From assembly GCA_031406385.1 (NCBI GenBank), contig JANOHI010000012.1:7110-71109 (forward strand): DNA of 64,000 bases, given 5' to 3'. Position numbers and translations under genes: made by a program. This DNA comes from Acidimicrobiia bacterium. GTDB lineage: Bacteria; Actinomycetota; Acidimicrobiia; Acidimicrobiales; JANYDT01. Shown piece by piece: positions 27,101 to 36,077 of this stretch; position 1 is the stretch's first letter, and every line of letters begins with the position of its first letter. Below the pieces are notes generated by a model. The model was not told the origin of the DNA. It made no database searches and was given only the letters and a program-made list of their open reading frames with translations.

Positions 27101-27421
27101 CTCGTCGACGACGGCGTCCGGGTTGAGAAGGAGCACGAGTTCCCCATCACCGAGCGCGACACCTTGGTTGGCTGCGACAGCGAACCCACGGTTGGTGGTG
27201 TTGCGCACAACTGTTGCCCCAAAGCGATCGGCCACCGATGCGGACTCGTCGTTCGAGGCGTTGTCGACGACGATCACCCGCACCCAACCCGGCAACGAAC
27301 GCAGGCACGCCGGAAGATCGACAGCGCTTTCGTAGGTAACGATGACGACGTCACAGGATCGTGTCTTGACGCGAGCACTGTCTCGTAGAACTCGAGTTGG
27401 CGGCGAGCGATCTCCGACCAT
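24185..27421 (-). CDS. three-module glycosyltransferase fusion (GT2 + GT-B/GT4-like + GT4)
   Basis: 1078 aa. The N-terminal module reads CDVVIVTYESAVDLPACLRSL..VIVVDNASNDES (GT2). The middle module has TESLDPIKAYEVLAVGRPCVATPVAGFREI. The C-terminal module has EPFGQVVVEGMAAGIAVVASNAGGPAEII. The start is uncertain because the annotated 5' end overlaps the upstream GT4 ORF. Confidence 0.85.
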   Translation of the reverse strand: MVGDRSPPTRVLRDSARVKTRSCDVVIVTYESAVDLPACLRSLPGWVRVIVVDNASNDESASVADRFGATVVRNTTNRGFAVAANQGVALGDGELVLLLNPDAVVDEANLTLLVEALKEDGVGIAGPRLIMPDGSEQRPFWPFPSPRRQWRTALAPGPRSRRDGPGFVVGACLLTTRSLWDKLGGLDESFWLYGEEADFCRRAFDLGYRAQLVEAAAVDHIGGVSGKALGEATFEHFVRGSERFVFKHHGTAGLVSYRLGAVVRHGLRSIVRRGPTGDVDRANLRRSAHALRHHPTLVHVPDIKRGNEIILASLEPWDDVWRRNQFLVRELTQADPATRVLWVEPAHDALHAVRSGFRRSRPRGRLASPEGYQQVTLFQPTKLLPRRVWPWTDRGLSRQVRRVANQLGFVDPVLWLNDSSLTPLTDETVWPVVYDITDDWLDFGGTDRNLDRLRTYESILLRRANRVVVCSPELAARRGSSRSVVLIPNAVDTQHFQRPRPRPTDLPPSGMQTAVYVGSLHRERVDVELVVNAARELPAVSFVFVGPDSLRRQDRALLATVRNVALLGPRPYDDVPAYLQHADVIIIPHVVSPFTESLDPIKAYEVLAVGRPCVATPVAGFREIAEHVTIADRSSFADAVARTLENPPPRTDREAPSWRGRATEFAAVLEEARDATIDTDAVDTFRVVYLDHCAKRSGGELALLRLLSGFTSVSPTVLLAEDGDFVGLLREAGVPVEVIPLDPRTNDLHRAAVVPGRLPFGAIFGTLRYCRVLRRRVRELDPDIIHTNSLKAMVYGSIVSIGLRSKLIWHVRDRIADDYLPRVAVVAIRAMSRFVPDAIIANSTATMRTMGAAGRTRYVAPSTVVFDAVPGSFQPRASENRPFTVGMVGRLAPWKGQDIFLRAFAEAFPNGPARAVIAGSAMFGEDDFANTLAPLAEELGITDRVSFRGFVDDVATLLGEFDVLVHASVIPEPFGQVVVEGMAAGIAVVASNAGGPAEIITEGVDGILVEPGNVGALARTLRMLEADPGRRRRLGDGGRVTAAEFAPERIAAQVEAIYRRVTVPTGPLRRGAAENMGQ

Positions 27422-28518
27422 CGGTACTGGCCTGCGTGAGCAATCCCGTCATCGCGCATCTTCTCCCGGCGAGCGGGGTCTGCGGCCACGGCGTTCATTG
27501 CGTCAACCCACGCGTCGACCGATCCGGGCGTCACAAGGAGCCCCGCAGCTCCGACCACGTCGGGCAGTGCTCCGCTGTTCGATGCAATCACCGGCACGCC
27601 GCAGGCCATGGCTTCGACGGCGACGCGCCCGAACTGTTCCACCCAGGACGGGGTGTCGAGCGAGGGGACAACGAGAACGTCGAACGAGCGGTAGACCTCG
27701 GCGACCTCATCGGGTGGACAGAACCCGTGCACCGTGACTCGGGCCTCAAGACCGAGACGAACGATTTGGTCCTGGAGCGAAGGCGTCATGGGACCGTCGC
27801 CGACGATCGTGAGTTGTGCATCCTCGAGACGAGACATCGCCTCTATCACGATGTGCACACCCTTGTGCTGTTCGAGCCTGCCGACGTAGCCGAACATGAT
27901 CGATGAGCCAGAGGACCGCCCGCGCGTCGACGGGTGAAACCGGTCGACGTCGACACCGAGGCCGAGCAGACAGACTTCGCCGCGAAGACCGCGTTTGACG
28001 AACAACTCGCCGGCACGCACATTGCACACATGGACACCATCGGCTCGACGCAAGGCCAAGCTCTCGATCCAGCGGAACGGCATCGGAAACCTCTTGTCCA
28101 AATTCTGTGCCCCGTAAAACACCAGCTTCGCCTTCGACCGTGTGACTGCCATTAACATCATGATTTCGAGGGCGGCAAGGCTGGCCGGCTCTTCGTGGAC
28201 ATCGACGAGATCGGGATGCCGACGCAACTCGCGCAGAAGCGGCAGCGGGTTGTACACAAAGACATAGGGGTGACGGCCGACAGTTCGAGCCGGAACAACG
28301 AACACCGCATCCTCTTTGGCCTCGAGCGCCACGTCGCGTCCGCCTTCGTTCCACCGGCGCGGCGCAATGGTGTTCAGATCAATACCGCGGCCGCGCAACT
28401 GGCGGTCACGTTCCCGCCAGGCTCCGACCACTGCGGAGTGGTAGATCCGCAGCACTCGAGTGGCGCGATCCGTCGAAGCATTCGTCACAGCGCAGGCAAA
28501 TGACGGTTGTGTTCTCAT
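27274..28518 (-). CDS. glycosyltransferase family 4
   Basis: The start is ATG at 28518 (MRTQPSF..). It carries RVLRIYHSAVVGAWRERDR and PSWVEQFGRVAVEAMACGVPVIASNSGALPDVV. The 3' end overlaps the next gene by up to 148 nt. Confidence 0.8.
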   Translation of the reverse strand: MRTQPSFACAVTNASTDRATRVLRIYHSAVVGAWRERDRQLRGRGIDLNTIAPRRWNEGGRDVALEAKEDAVFVVPARTVGRHPYVFVYNPLPLLRELRRHPDLVDVHEEPASLAALEIMMLMAVTRSKAKLVFYGAQNLDKRFPMPFRWIESLALRRADGVHVCNVRAGELFVKRGLRGEVCLLGLGVDVDRFHPSTRGRSSGSSIMFGYVGRLEQHKGVHIVIEAMSRLEDAQLTIVGDGPMTPSLQDQIVRLGLEARVTVHGFCPPDEVAEVYRSFDVLVVPSLDTPSWVEQFGRVAVEAMACGVPVIASNSGALPDVVGAAGLLVTPGSVDAWVDAMNAVAADPARREKMRDDGIAHAGQYRWSEIARRQLEFYETVLASRHDPVTSSSLPTKALSIFRRACVRCRVGCG

Positions 28519-28544
28519 GAAAAGACCTGTGGCGTTGCCAGTCG

Positions 28545-29999
28545 ATGAGTCGAGGACGCAAGAATCAGCCTCGGCTTCTCCCTGCCCGAGTGACGGACCC
28601 CCTTCGCTACAGTAGTGGCGTGCTCGCTGGTGCCCTATCCGGATGGAACCGGACCAACCAGTGGCGCATTCGTCGGGCAGGCACACTCGCCGCAGCGATT
28701 GTGGCGCTGCAAGTCACGGTCGGTTGGTTGCTCTCCAACGACATGAATGCGGCGATCGCCGCTTCGGTTCTCATTCCCGCAGTTGCCGTGCTCGTCATTC
28801 GTCCGCAGTGGTTGTGGATTACTGCCTTCCCGGCGAACTTTCTTTACTGGCGTGTCGGCCCGACACGCATCGACCTCAGCCTTGCGGACGTTACCCTCGT
28901 CCTGGCCGCTATCGCCGCGCTCCCGTCCGTCCCCTGGCGGTCCCCGATGTTGCACCGGATCGAACGGCTCTACGCCGCGTACCTGGGGATCATGTCGATC
29001 GCGTTCTTCGCTGTGCCGGAGCGCGAGACCCTAATTTCGTTGATGCAGCGAAGCTCAATTTTTCTGGGTGCGGTTCTCATCGGGGCCGCAGTTGGCAACC
29101 GCGGCAAGGCGAAGGCCGCGCTGGCCGCGCTGCTCCTCGGTTCGAGTGCTGTCGCAATCGAAGCAGTACGCCGCTCCGTTCAGTCTGATTTCGAGCCCGC
29201 CTATCCGTTCGGAATCCAAAAGAACGCGGCCGGCGCCATAATTGGTATGAGCATTATCGTGTCGTTGGCGGCATTCACCATCTTCCGTCGCACAGCGACC
29301 AACCGAGTAGCCATCGGACTCTGCCAATTGCTTCTGATCTGCGGGCTCCTCGCTACAGGAGCACGAGGTGCCGCCGTCGCCCTTCTGGCAACGCTCCTCG
29401 TCGCCGTGTTGCGCAATGAGCCAGGCGCTCGTCGGCCGATCGCTATTGCAGTCCTCGGATGTGTCACCGTCGTGGCCATGGCAACCATAAGATCGGTGGA
29501 CTCGGAAAAGACGAACGATCGCTTCTCCAGTGGCAATAGCCGCTTGATCACGTACGAAGCGGCAATCAAGCTGTGGCAACAGGAGAAGCTCACCGGTATC
29601 GGGATCAAGTACTGGCGAAATCCGGCATATGCCGACAACACGGGCTTCGGCGAGCCCCACAACGTCTTCGTCTCATCGCTGACCGAGACTGGCGTGGTCG
29701 GACTCGTTGCGATCCTCCTGCTGATGGGCGGCACGCTCTTGATCGCGATGCGTCCACGAACCCCGCTCCATCGAATGGCATTCTTGCTCATCGTGTACCG
29801 ACTTGTTGAGAGTCAGTTCGGGATCCTCTGGGTTGCCGTCGGAGGGTCCCTTCCCTGGCTTGTTCTCGGTGCGGCGATCGGCGCAGCGTATGCCGATACC
29901 GATCGACAACGCCTCGCGGCGGAGTCGGAAACAGTTTCAACAAACGTGCTGCGCCCGCGAATCTACCGACCGCGCACCCTGCCAACTGCGGCGAGATAA
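28545..29999 (+). CDS. O-antigen ligase / Wzy-like polytopic membrane protein, copy 1 (start uncertain)
   Basis: It is predicted to have about 10 or more TM segments. The characteristic loop reads LLICGLLATGARGAAVALLATLL and the periplasmic loop reads ITYEAAIKLWQQEKLTGIGIKYW. Confidence 0.8.
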   Translation: MSRGRKNQPRLLPARVTDPLRYSSGVLAGALSGWNRTNQWRIRRAGTLAAAIVALQVTVGWLLSNDMNAAIAASVLIPAVAVLVIRPQWLWITAFPANFLYWRVGPTRIDLSLADVTLVLAAIAALPSVPWRSPMLHRIERLYAAYLGIMSIAFFAVPERETLISLMQRSSIFLGAVLIGAAVGNRGKAKAALAALLLGSSAVAIEAVRRSVQSDFEPAYPFGIQKNAAGAIIGMSIIVSLAAFTIFRRTATNRVAIGLCQLLLICGLLATGARGAAVALLATLLVAVLRNEPGARRPIAIAVLGCVTVVAMATIRSVDSEKTNDRFSSGNSRLITYEAAIKLWQQEKLTGIGIKYWRNPAYADNTGFGEPHNVFVSSLTETGVVGLVAILLLMGGTLLIAMRPRTPLHRMAFLLIVYRLVESQFGILWVAVGGSLPWLVLGAAIGAAYADTDRQRLAAESETVSTNVLRPRIYRPRTLPTAAR

Positions 30000-31153
30000 G
30001 CCTCTCGAAAGGCAGACGAACCTCCGTGGGGTTGGGGAGCGGGGAGAGCGATCAGTTCGGTGGTCGAAGGAAACCGTCGCCGCCATGGGTGCCCCGAATC
30101 CGTTCGGAACACACCGACTTCCGTCTTCACGCGACCGACAAGTTGTCGAACGGATTCACGGGAGTTTGCTCTGGTCGCGCCACAGAGCAAGTGACCGGTG
30201 AGCGAACCGCCATGCCAACGCTCGGGCGGACGGACTCGGTCGAGGCCGGCAACGACATCTGGCCAACGCCCCCGACCGCACATCGACGCTTCCAGGCGCT
30301 GGTCCCACGGCACCACGCCGAGAGCCCGGCGGACCTTGCCGAGCATGACGCCGACGGGTAATCCGATTCGTTGTTGGTGCGCCCGCCGCACAACCTCGTC
30401 GAAGTCCATCGCCGGAATCGCACCGGCGAGGCTGAGGTCGCGCATCCACGAAAGCTTTTGCCCGCCGGCAAGACATGCATGGAGCGCGAGGTGGAGGAAG
30501 GTATCGACCGGGTCGAGCGTCGGCACATCAATCCGGGGGAGGAGATGAGCCCTGACTCGACGCTCCAGTGCCGCACCATCGCTGAACGCGAATTGCGAAC
30601 GAAGGGTCGAGTCGTAGAGAAGGCTCCAGTGAAGGTCGACAACGACGCGCGTTGAGAGAGCGAAGTTGAGCTCACCCTTCAACTCGTGCAGGACAAGCTC
30701 CCAATCCGTTTCCAGCCCAGAACCGCCGAGGTTCTCGATCGCCTCTACCGCGGTAGTGAAATCAGCACGTTCGACAAGGACGTCGAGATCGGCGTAGCTA
30801 CGCAAGTCGTTGCGTCGGTAGAGACGCTCGGACAGCACAGGGCCCTTCAGCGTCAGCCATCGAACCCCGGCGCCATCGAGCACCTTCGCAAGTCGAGCCA
30901 ACTCGAGGATCATCACGAGGTGGTGCATCTTCCAGAACTCGTAGATCGACCGGAGCTGTTCTCGTAACGACTCCGGAATGTCCGCGTCGACGAGGCCCAG
31001 GTGCACGGCCATCGAGATGCCGTGATGGCTGGCCGCTTCAGCCACGTGTTGCAGACTGCCCCGTGCGTCGTCAACCAGTTCGGAGGGGACGGGCTCGCCA
31101 TCGCTCATCGTGCACGCGACGAGCAGACGGCCGAGGGCGCGTGCTTCACCCAT
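29963..31153 (-). CDS. nucleotidyltransferase family protein (NTP_transf_5 / PsmN-like type)
   Basis: WLTLKGPVLSERLYRRNDLRSYADLDVLV is the hallmark block of the uncharacterised nucleotidyltransferase family often seen next to HprK-like kinases. The start overlaps the upstream GT4 stop by 8 nt. Confidence 0.75.
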   Translation of the reverse strand: MGEARALGRLLVACTMSDGEPVPSELVDDARGSLQHVAEAASHHGISMAVHLGLVDADIPESLREQLRSIYEFWKMHHLVMILELARLAKVLDGAGVRWLTLKGPVLSERLYRRNDLRSYADLDVLVERADFTTAVEAIENLGGSGLETDWELVLHELKGELNFALSTRVVVDLHWSLLYDSTLRSQFAFSDGAALERRVRAHLLPRIDVPTLDPVDTFLHLALHACLAGGQKLSWMRDLSLAGAIPAMDFDEVVRRAHQQRIGLPVGVMLGKVRRALGVVPWDQRLEASMCGRGRWPDVVAGLDRVRPPERWHGGSLTGHLLCGATRANSRESVRQLVGRVKTEVGVFRTDSGHPWRRRFPSTTELIALPAPQPHGGSSAFREAYLAAVGRVRGR

Positions 31154-32192
31154 GCGAAGCCAACTCCGACTCGATCAGCGCGACGTAGGAATTGGCGACC
31201 GTGGCGAAGTCGTATCGCTCGATTTGTCTCAGGCCGTGCGTCTCGAGAGTCGCTCGGAGGTCATCGTCGACAAGCAGTTCGACCAATGCCCGACCGAGCT
31301 CCTTGTCGGATGCAAGCCGTCCGAGGCGGCCGTCTTCGAGGACTTCACGTGACCCTTGGTTCGGCGTGGCGACGACGGCTGTGCCGCTGAGAAGCGCCTC
31401 GATGTAGGGAACGCCGAAACCCTCGTACGTGCTCGGCAGACAGAACACCCACGCGCGTCGGTACCGATCCGCGAGCTCAGCATCGTCGATCCGCCCGAGT
31501 ACCGAGACCCCTGGCGATTCCGGAGCGTCGGTGCACACCATCCACAGCTGGGCGTCGGGGACACGAGGACGCACGTAGTTCGTGAACGTCTCCACCAGAA
31601 GCCGCCCACGTTTGCGGCTGTCGTAGGTTCCGACGAACAGAATCGTCGGAACCGCTTCCTTCTCCTGCGGCCGATCGCCAGCACCACCGACGCCGAACAG
31701 CGAGGTGTCAACGCCGTTGGGGATCACCCGATGAAGCCAGGGGTAGAACCGTATCGAGTTCTTCGAAACCCCGACGACGATGGGCGTGCGAACCGACGAG
31801 ACGGCCTCGGTGACGCCGAGCGCAAACATGCGCAGCCGACCGAGCCACGTTGACTGGTACCGGGCCTCGTCAAAGCACGAGCCGTGCATCGTCCGAATGT
31901 GCACCGGAACGGCATGGCGCCGCACGAAGTGGTCGTCACCTTGCGCAATGAGGGCGTCGAACCCGCTGAGGTCGATACGTCGCATCGCGAGCCCCCACCG
32001 GAAGCTCCGCATCCGGCCGTGCTGCTCGAGCTGCCGATGTTCGTACAACGCGTCAACAGTCTTCGCCGCCGGGCTGAACATCGTGACGTCATGGCCGGCG
32101 GACAGAAGGGCGTTCGCCAGCCGGTGGGCCATCCACCCGACGCCGATCTTGCTGCTCGATGGGAGGTAGAGCGAGGTCATCGCGATCTTCAT
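31146..32192 (-). CDS. glycosyltransferase family 4
   Basis: It carries MKIAMTSLYLPSSSKIGVGWMAHRLA and YEGFGVPYIEALLSGTAVVATPNQGSREVL. Confidence 0.85.
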   Translation of the reverse strand: MKIAMTSLYLPSSSKIGVGWMAHRLANALLSAGHDVTMFSPAAKTVDALYEHRQLEQHGRMRSFRWGLAMRRIDLSGFDALIAQGDDHFVRRHAVPVHIRTMHGSCFDEARYQSTWLGRLRMFALGVTEAVSSVRTPIVVGVSKNSIRFYPWLHRVIPNGVDTSLFGVGGAGDRPQEKEAVPTILFVGTYDSRKRGRLLVETFTNYVRPRVPDAQLWMVCTDAPESPGVSVLGRIDDAELADRYRRAWVFCLPSTYEGFGVPYIEALLSGTAVVATPNQGSREVLEDGRLGRLASDKELGRALVELLVDDDLRATLETHGLRQIERYDFATVANSYVALIESELASHG

Positions 32193-32205
32193 CGGTCGTG
32201 TGCCG

Positions 32206-34014
32206 TCACTGCGTGGTCAGAGCGGCGCTCTCCGTCGCCGGGTCGCCACCTGGTTCCGACTTCGATGCATCCGGGCGAACCATCGAGGTCGCTGCAGGAT
32301 GGCGAGAGGGTGCGCGTGCGACGCCTCGCACGGGTTGCTTCTCGCTCTCGCATCGAGTGACAACGACGCCGATTGGTGAAGCACCGGCGAGGCGGAGTTG
32401 TTTGACCGCTCGCTCGGCGTCCGCCGCTCGCGTCACGTTTCGAGACAGCACAACAAGCGTTGCGTCGGCGAGCGACGCAACGACCGCGCCATCGGCCGTC
32501 GACATCGGGGCACAGTCGAACACCACGATGTCGGCCATCGAGGCCAGTTGCGAGACCAGTGAAACGGCATCGGGCGAGGAGAGGCGCTCCGCGCTGGCCA
32601 CCGCTGTTCGAGACGCCGGGAGAAGGCGCAATCGGGCGACTGTCGGCGAGCGGAGGAGGTAGGAACCGACCACGTCCTCCGCGTCGTCCTCAGGCGTCGC
32701 ATCCTCGCCAAGCTCGAGGAGGTTCCGAACTCGAAGACTCTTCGCCGCCGAACCCAGTTCGAGAACGTCCGCCCGCTCGCTGAACTGCTCGCGGCGCTTG
32801 AGCTCGGTCCAGTCGCCCAGCAACTCATGGAGCCCTGGCTGATCAACGATGCTGAACCAGCGGCCGAGGTCCGAGCCGCGGATGTCGGCCGACACCAGGA
32901 TGGTCCGAAGACCCGAGCCGGCGAATGCCGCCGCCAGATTGGCGGCAACCGCGGTCTTATCGCCGCCGGCATCGGGGCTCGTGATCGCCAGTGTCGCCAA
33001 CCGGTGATCGGCACGCTGAAACAGGACCGCAGTACGGAGCTTGCGAAAGGCTTCTGCTCCCGCACCAGTGGGATCGTGGAGAACGAGGAGGCGACGCTGG
33101 TGGGCGCGGCGGCGACGCCGATCACTTCGTCGAAGACGGCTCCGCGGCGTCAGGCGCGGAAGCTCACCGAGGACCGGCAAACCGATGAGCTCCTCGGCCT
33201 GTTCAACGCTGCGCAGCCGACCATCGAGCAACGTCCGAAGGGCAACGAGTCCGGCGCCTAGCACGAATCCGATCGACGCCCCGAGCAGCCCACGGCGCAC
33301 CGGCGACGGGCTCGCATCGCGCGTCACGGTGCCCGCATCGAGGATCACCATCGGCCGACGCTGCACGGCAATCTGGTTCAGCAGCCGCTGCTGACTGGCG
33401 AACAGTGCGGTGTATTGCGCCAACGCCGTGGACTGCTGCGCAGTAAACAGCGACGTGTCTCGGCCGTTGGTGGTGGCGTCGAGGAGGCGCTGATTGATCT
33501 TCTCGAGCCGCGTTTCGAGGCTGGTGATCTGCGTGTCGAGCTCGACCGAGCGTTCCCGAAGGCTTCGGGAAATGTCGTTGTACTTCGAACCCTCGAACAC
33601 CGAGGCCACGGTGGTCACGCGGGCGAACGCCTGTTGGGGGTTGACGCTTTGCGAACGGAGATTGATCAGTCCGCTCCGAACATCGACGGAAGCCCTGACC
33701 GATCTCCGCAGACCGTCGACCGTCTCGCCGGGCAGCTCCTTGACCACCGTCGAGAGGAATTCACTCCCTCCGAGCACCAGGGTCTGGCGCCGCAGGAACG
33801 GCTCGGTCAGTCCAGAGGTCGGGTCGGCGACGCTTGGATCAGCGGTCGTGCTGCGGACGTCGTACACCAGCGAAGCCGTGGCGACATACGGAGGATCGGG
33901 AGCGCGGGACGCGAAATATGCCGCAGCTACAGCGACGGTGAGCACGGACTGCACGAGGATCCATCCGTGGCGTCGGAGGACGGCGAGCAGCTTGAGTAAC
34001 TGTTCTTGATCCAT
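32206..34014 (-). CDS. Wzc-like co-polymerase / P-loop ATPase, copy 2, without C-terminal Tyr cluster
   Basis: The ATG at 34014 overlaps the upstream stop (TGATG). It has an N-terminal TM plus a coiled region. It carries Walker A TSPDAGGDKTAVAANLA, A' LVSADIRGS and B DIVVFDCAPM. The C-terminal 50 aa contain no Tyr. Confidence 0.8.
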   Translation of the reverse strand: MDQEQLLKLLAVLRRHGWILVQSVLTVAVAAAYFASRAPDPPYVATASLVYDVRSTTADPSVADPTSGLTEPFLRRQTLVLGGSEFLSTVVKELPGETVDGLRRSVRASVDVRSGLINLRSQSVNPQQAFARVTTVASVFEGSKYNDISRSLRERSVELDTQITSLETRLEKINQRLLDATTNGRDTSLFTAQQSTALAQYTALFASQQRLLNQIAVQRRPMVILDAGTVTRDASPSPVRRGLLGASIGFVLGAGLVALRTLLDGRLRSVEQAEELIGLPVLGELPRLTPRSRLRRSDRRRRRAHQRRLLVLHDPTGAGAEAFRKLRTAVLFQRADHRLATLAITSPDAGGDKTAVAANLAAAFAGSGLRTILVSADIRGSDLGRWFSIVDQPGLHELLGDWTELKRREQFSERADVLELGSAAKSLRVRNLLELGEDATPEDDAEDVVGSYLLRSPTVARLRLLPASRTAVASAERLSSPDAVSLVSQLASMADIVVFDCAPMSTADGAVVASLADATLVVLSRNVTRAADAERAVKQLRLAGASPIGVVVTRCESEKQPVRGVARAPSRHPAATSMVRPDASKSEPGGDPATESAALTTQ

Positions 34015-35444
34015 CAGCGACGTGCTTCCTCGACGAGCGGAGAGGGGAGAGTCACGGACTCCCACCGTTGGAACAGGTTAGGTGGTGACGGTCGCTCCTG
34101 ATTCGCCTCGCCGATCCCGATGGCCAGCCAGCTGATCGCGCCGAGTTGAATGGCGAGGACCTGGAGAGGGAAATCGATCAGTGCGTGCACGCCTACGACG
34201 CCGAGCGCGACCTGCGAGGCGATGAGAAGGAGTGATGGTCGACCGCTCGACGATCGAAGGGCCCGAACGGCGCAGAACAAGGCGAACCCGGCGAACACTG
34301 CGCCCGGCAGACCCCATTCGAGGAGGAACTGGAGTGGGTCGTTGTGGGCGTTCATCCACATTCCCGTCGGATTTCCGGGTCTCCATGGGGTCACGATCCA
34401 GCGGCGAAAGACGCCGGGGTCGCGGTATCCGATCTCGGTCGGGAAGACGATCTTGAAGCCTCCCGGTCCCACGCCACCAGAAGCGTCTCGCCAGATCGAG
34501 GCAGCGACGCGCCACACGGCGAACCGAGCTGACACGCCGTCCGGTTCCGCGGCTGCAGCCCGCCACCGTTCCAGGTTGGCCAGAAACGCCGCAAACCCAA
34601 TGAGCGCGATGGCGAGGACGCCGGCACGGTCAGTCGTCCTCGTCGGCACCGGGCCAGCCCTTCGGCGGAGCCTCGCCCCGAAAACGATGGCGAGAAGGGC
34701 GCTCAGCACGATGCCCGCCTTCGAAACGTGGAAGACGCAACCGAAGGTCGTCGCCGCAACCAGACCCATGGCAACCCGTCGCTTCACCCCGGTCGAGGAA
34801 AGCGCGAGCACGATGCCCGCCGGCAGACAGAGGTTGAGGTACGCCGCAGCGTTGGCGTGGTAGGCGAACGGGCCGAAATGAGAACCCTCGCCCGGTAGCT
34901 GAGGGAAGGCGACCGGGCCGACGCCGAATCGGTCCAGGGTCCCGAAAAGGCCCAGCACGGCACCGTTGGCCGCCAACACCAAGACGAGGGCCCGGCGGAA
35001 CTCGACGCGTTGGGAAAGATCGATCAGCACGGCGGCCCCCAGAGCGAGGAGTGTCAACGTCCGCAGAACCGCCACACTCGCGTTGCGGTCGACACTGCCG
35101 GGCCATTCGGCGAGCAGTGGTTGCCGCTCGATGAGTCGCAGGGTCACCGGGTCATAGACGGTCCGAGCGTTCAGAGCGAGAAACCAACCCCACGCCAGGG
35201 CGAGGGTGACCCCGACAAAGACGCCGAATGGCCCGCGAGGCCATCGTTGCCTGAGGAGAAGTGCGAGGACCCACAGCCCGAGGCTCACGCCCAGCCCGAT
35301 CTCGATGAGTTTCGTCCGCGTTGGGGTGATGGGCGTCTGCAACCAGGGTGCCGTTGCGACCGTCGCGGCGAGGGCCGCGAACGACGCACCTTCGACCCAG
35401 CCCGCAACCCGAACACGAGCCGCCACGTCGGCAGACAGGTTCAT
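34014..35444 (-). CDS. O-antigen ligase / Wzy-like polytopic membrane protein, copy 2
   Basis: The ATG at 35444 lies 1 nt after the B2 stop (TGAcATG). It is multi-TM, with the loop VFHVSKAGIVLSALLAIVFG and NAHNDPLQFLLEWGLPG. Confidence 0.75.
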   Translation of the reverse strand: MNLSADVAARVRVAGWVEGASFAALAATVATAPWLQTPITPTRTKLIEIGLGVSLGLWVLALLLRQRWPRGPFGVFVGVTLALAWGWFLALNARTVYDPVTLRLIERQPLLAEWPGSVDRNASVAVLRTLTLLALGAAVLIDLSQRVEFRRALVLVLAANGAVLGLFGTLDRFGVGPVAFPQLPGEGSHFGPFAYHANAAAYLNLCLPAGIVLALSSTGVKRRVAMGLVAATTFGCVFHVSKAGIVLSALLAIVFGARLRRRAGPVPTRTTDRAGVLAIALIGFAAFLANLERWRAAAAEPDGVSARFAVWRVAASIWRDASGGVGPGGFKIVFPTEIGYRDPGVFRRWIVTPWRPGNPTGMWMNAHNDPLQFLLEWGLPGAVFAGFALFCAVRALRSSSGRPSLLLIASQVALGVVGVHALIDFPLQVLAIQLGAISWLAIGIGEANQERPSPPNLFQRWESVTLPSPLVEEARR

Positions 35445-35445
35445 G

Positions 35446-35892
35446 TCAGCCGAGCAGGGGCTGATCGAACGCGTGGAGCTGCGCCACGTGCTGGGGGTCT
35501 TCGTTGATGTCGGTTCCGGCCACCCGGACCCACGCATGTGCACCGAGACCTTCCTGCGTCGGGTCGACGCCGAGCAGCACCTGGGCGTCGACGCCTCGGC
35601 GACGCAGAAGCGTCCAGAGGGTGAGTGATCGGGGCAGACAGACTACGTTTGCCGGAGCGAGCCGGGTGGCGAGGAGCACGCCCGTTCCGATCCTTCGGGC
35701 GCGGTGAACGTCGTAGCGGTCCGACGGGTGGATCCTCCCGCGTCCGCCCAGCCGGACGGCGAGTTGACGTGCTGGGATCGTCCCTCGCCGGTGAAGCACG
35801 CGTTCGAACAGCGGGTTGAGGGCGAGGGCGGCGAGGAACGCGAGCTGGCTCCCCCGGGGCAGCGCGACGAAGCGACGGAGGCGTGAACGCAT
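35446..35892 (-). CDS. lasso peptide biosynthesis B2 protein (transglutaminase-like protease), copy 2
   Basis: VVCLPRSLTLWTLLRRRGVDAQVLLGV...GAHAWVRVAGTDINED gives the same Cys/His/Asp layout as the 1869-2327 product. ATG at 35892 gives 148 aa, and longer starts up to 35988 are possible. Confidence 0.8.
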   Translation of the reverse strand: MRSRLRRFVALPRGSQLAFLAALALNPLFERVLHRRGTIPARQLAVRLGGRGRIHPSDRYDVHRARRIGTGVLLATRLAPANVVCLPRSLTLWTLLRRRGVDAQVLLGVDPTQEGLGAHAWVRVAGTDINEDPQHVAQLHAFDQPLLG

Positions 35893-36077
35893 CCTGGTCT
35901 GAGGGACCGAAGGGTCGGTCGACCCGACGTTTCTCATGCCCGGGCAACGGTAGTCGCCGGAATTCCGCCGGTACGATGGGCCGAGCATGAGTTCCCCTCA
36001 ACGCATCGGGTACTCGCCGGTAGGAACCGAACCGCCTGTTCCTCGGCCGACCCCCCGCCGATGACCGAGGGGCAACG

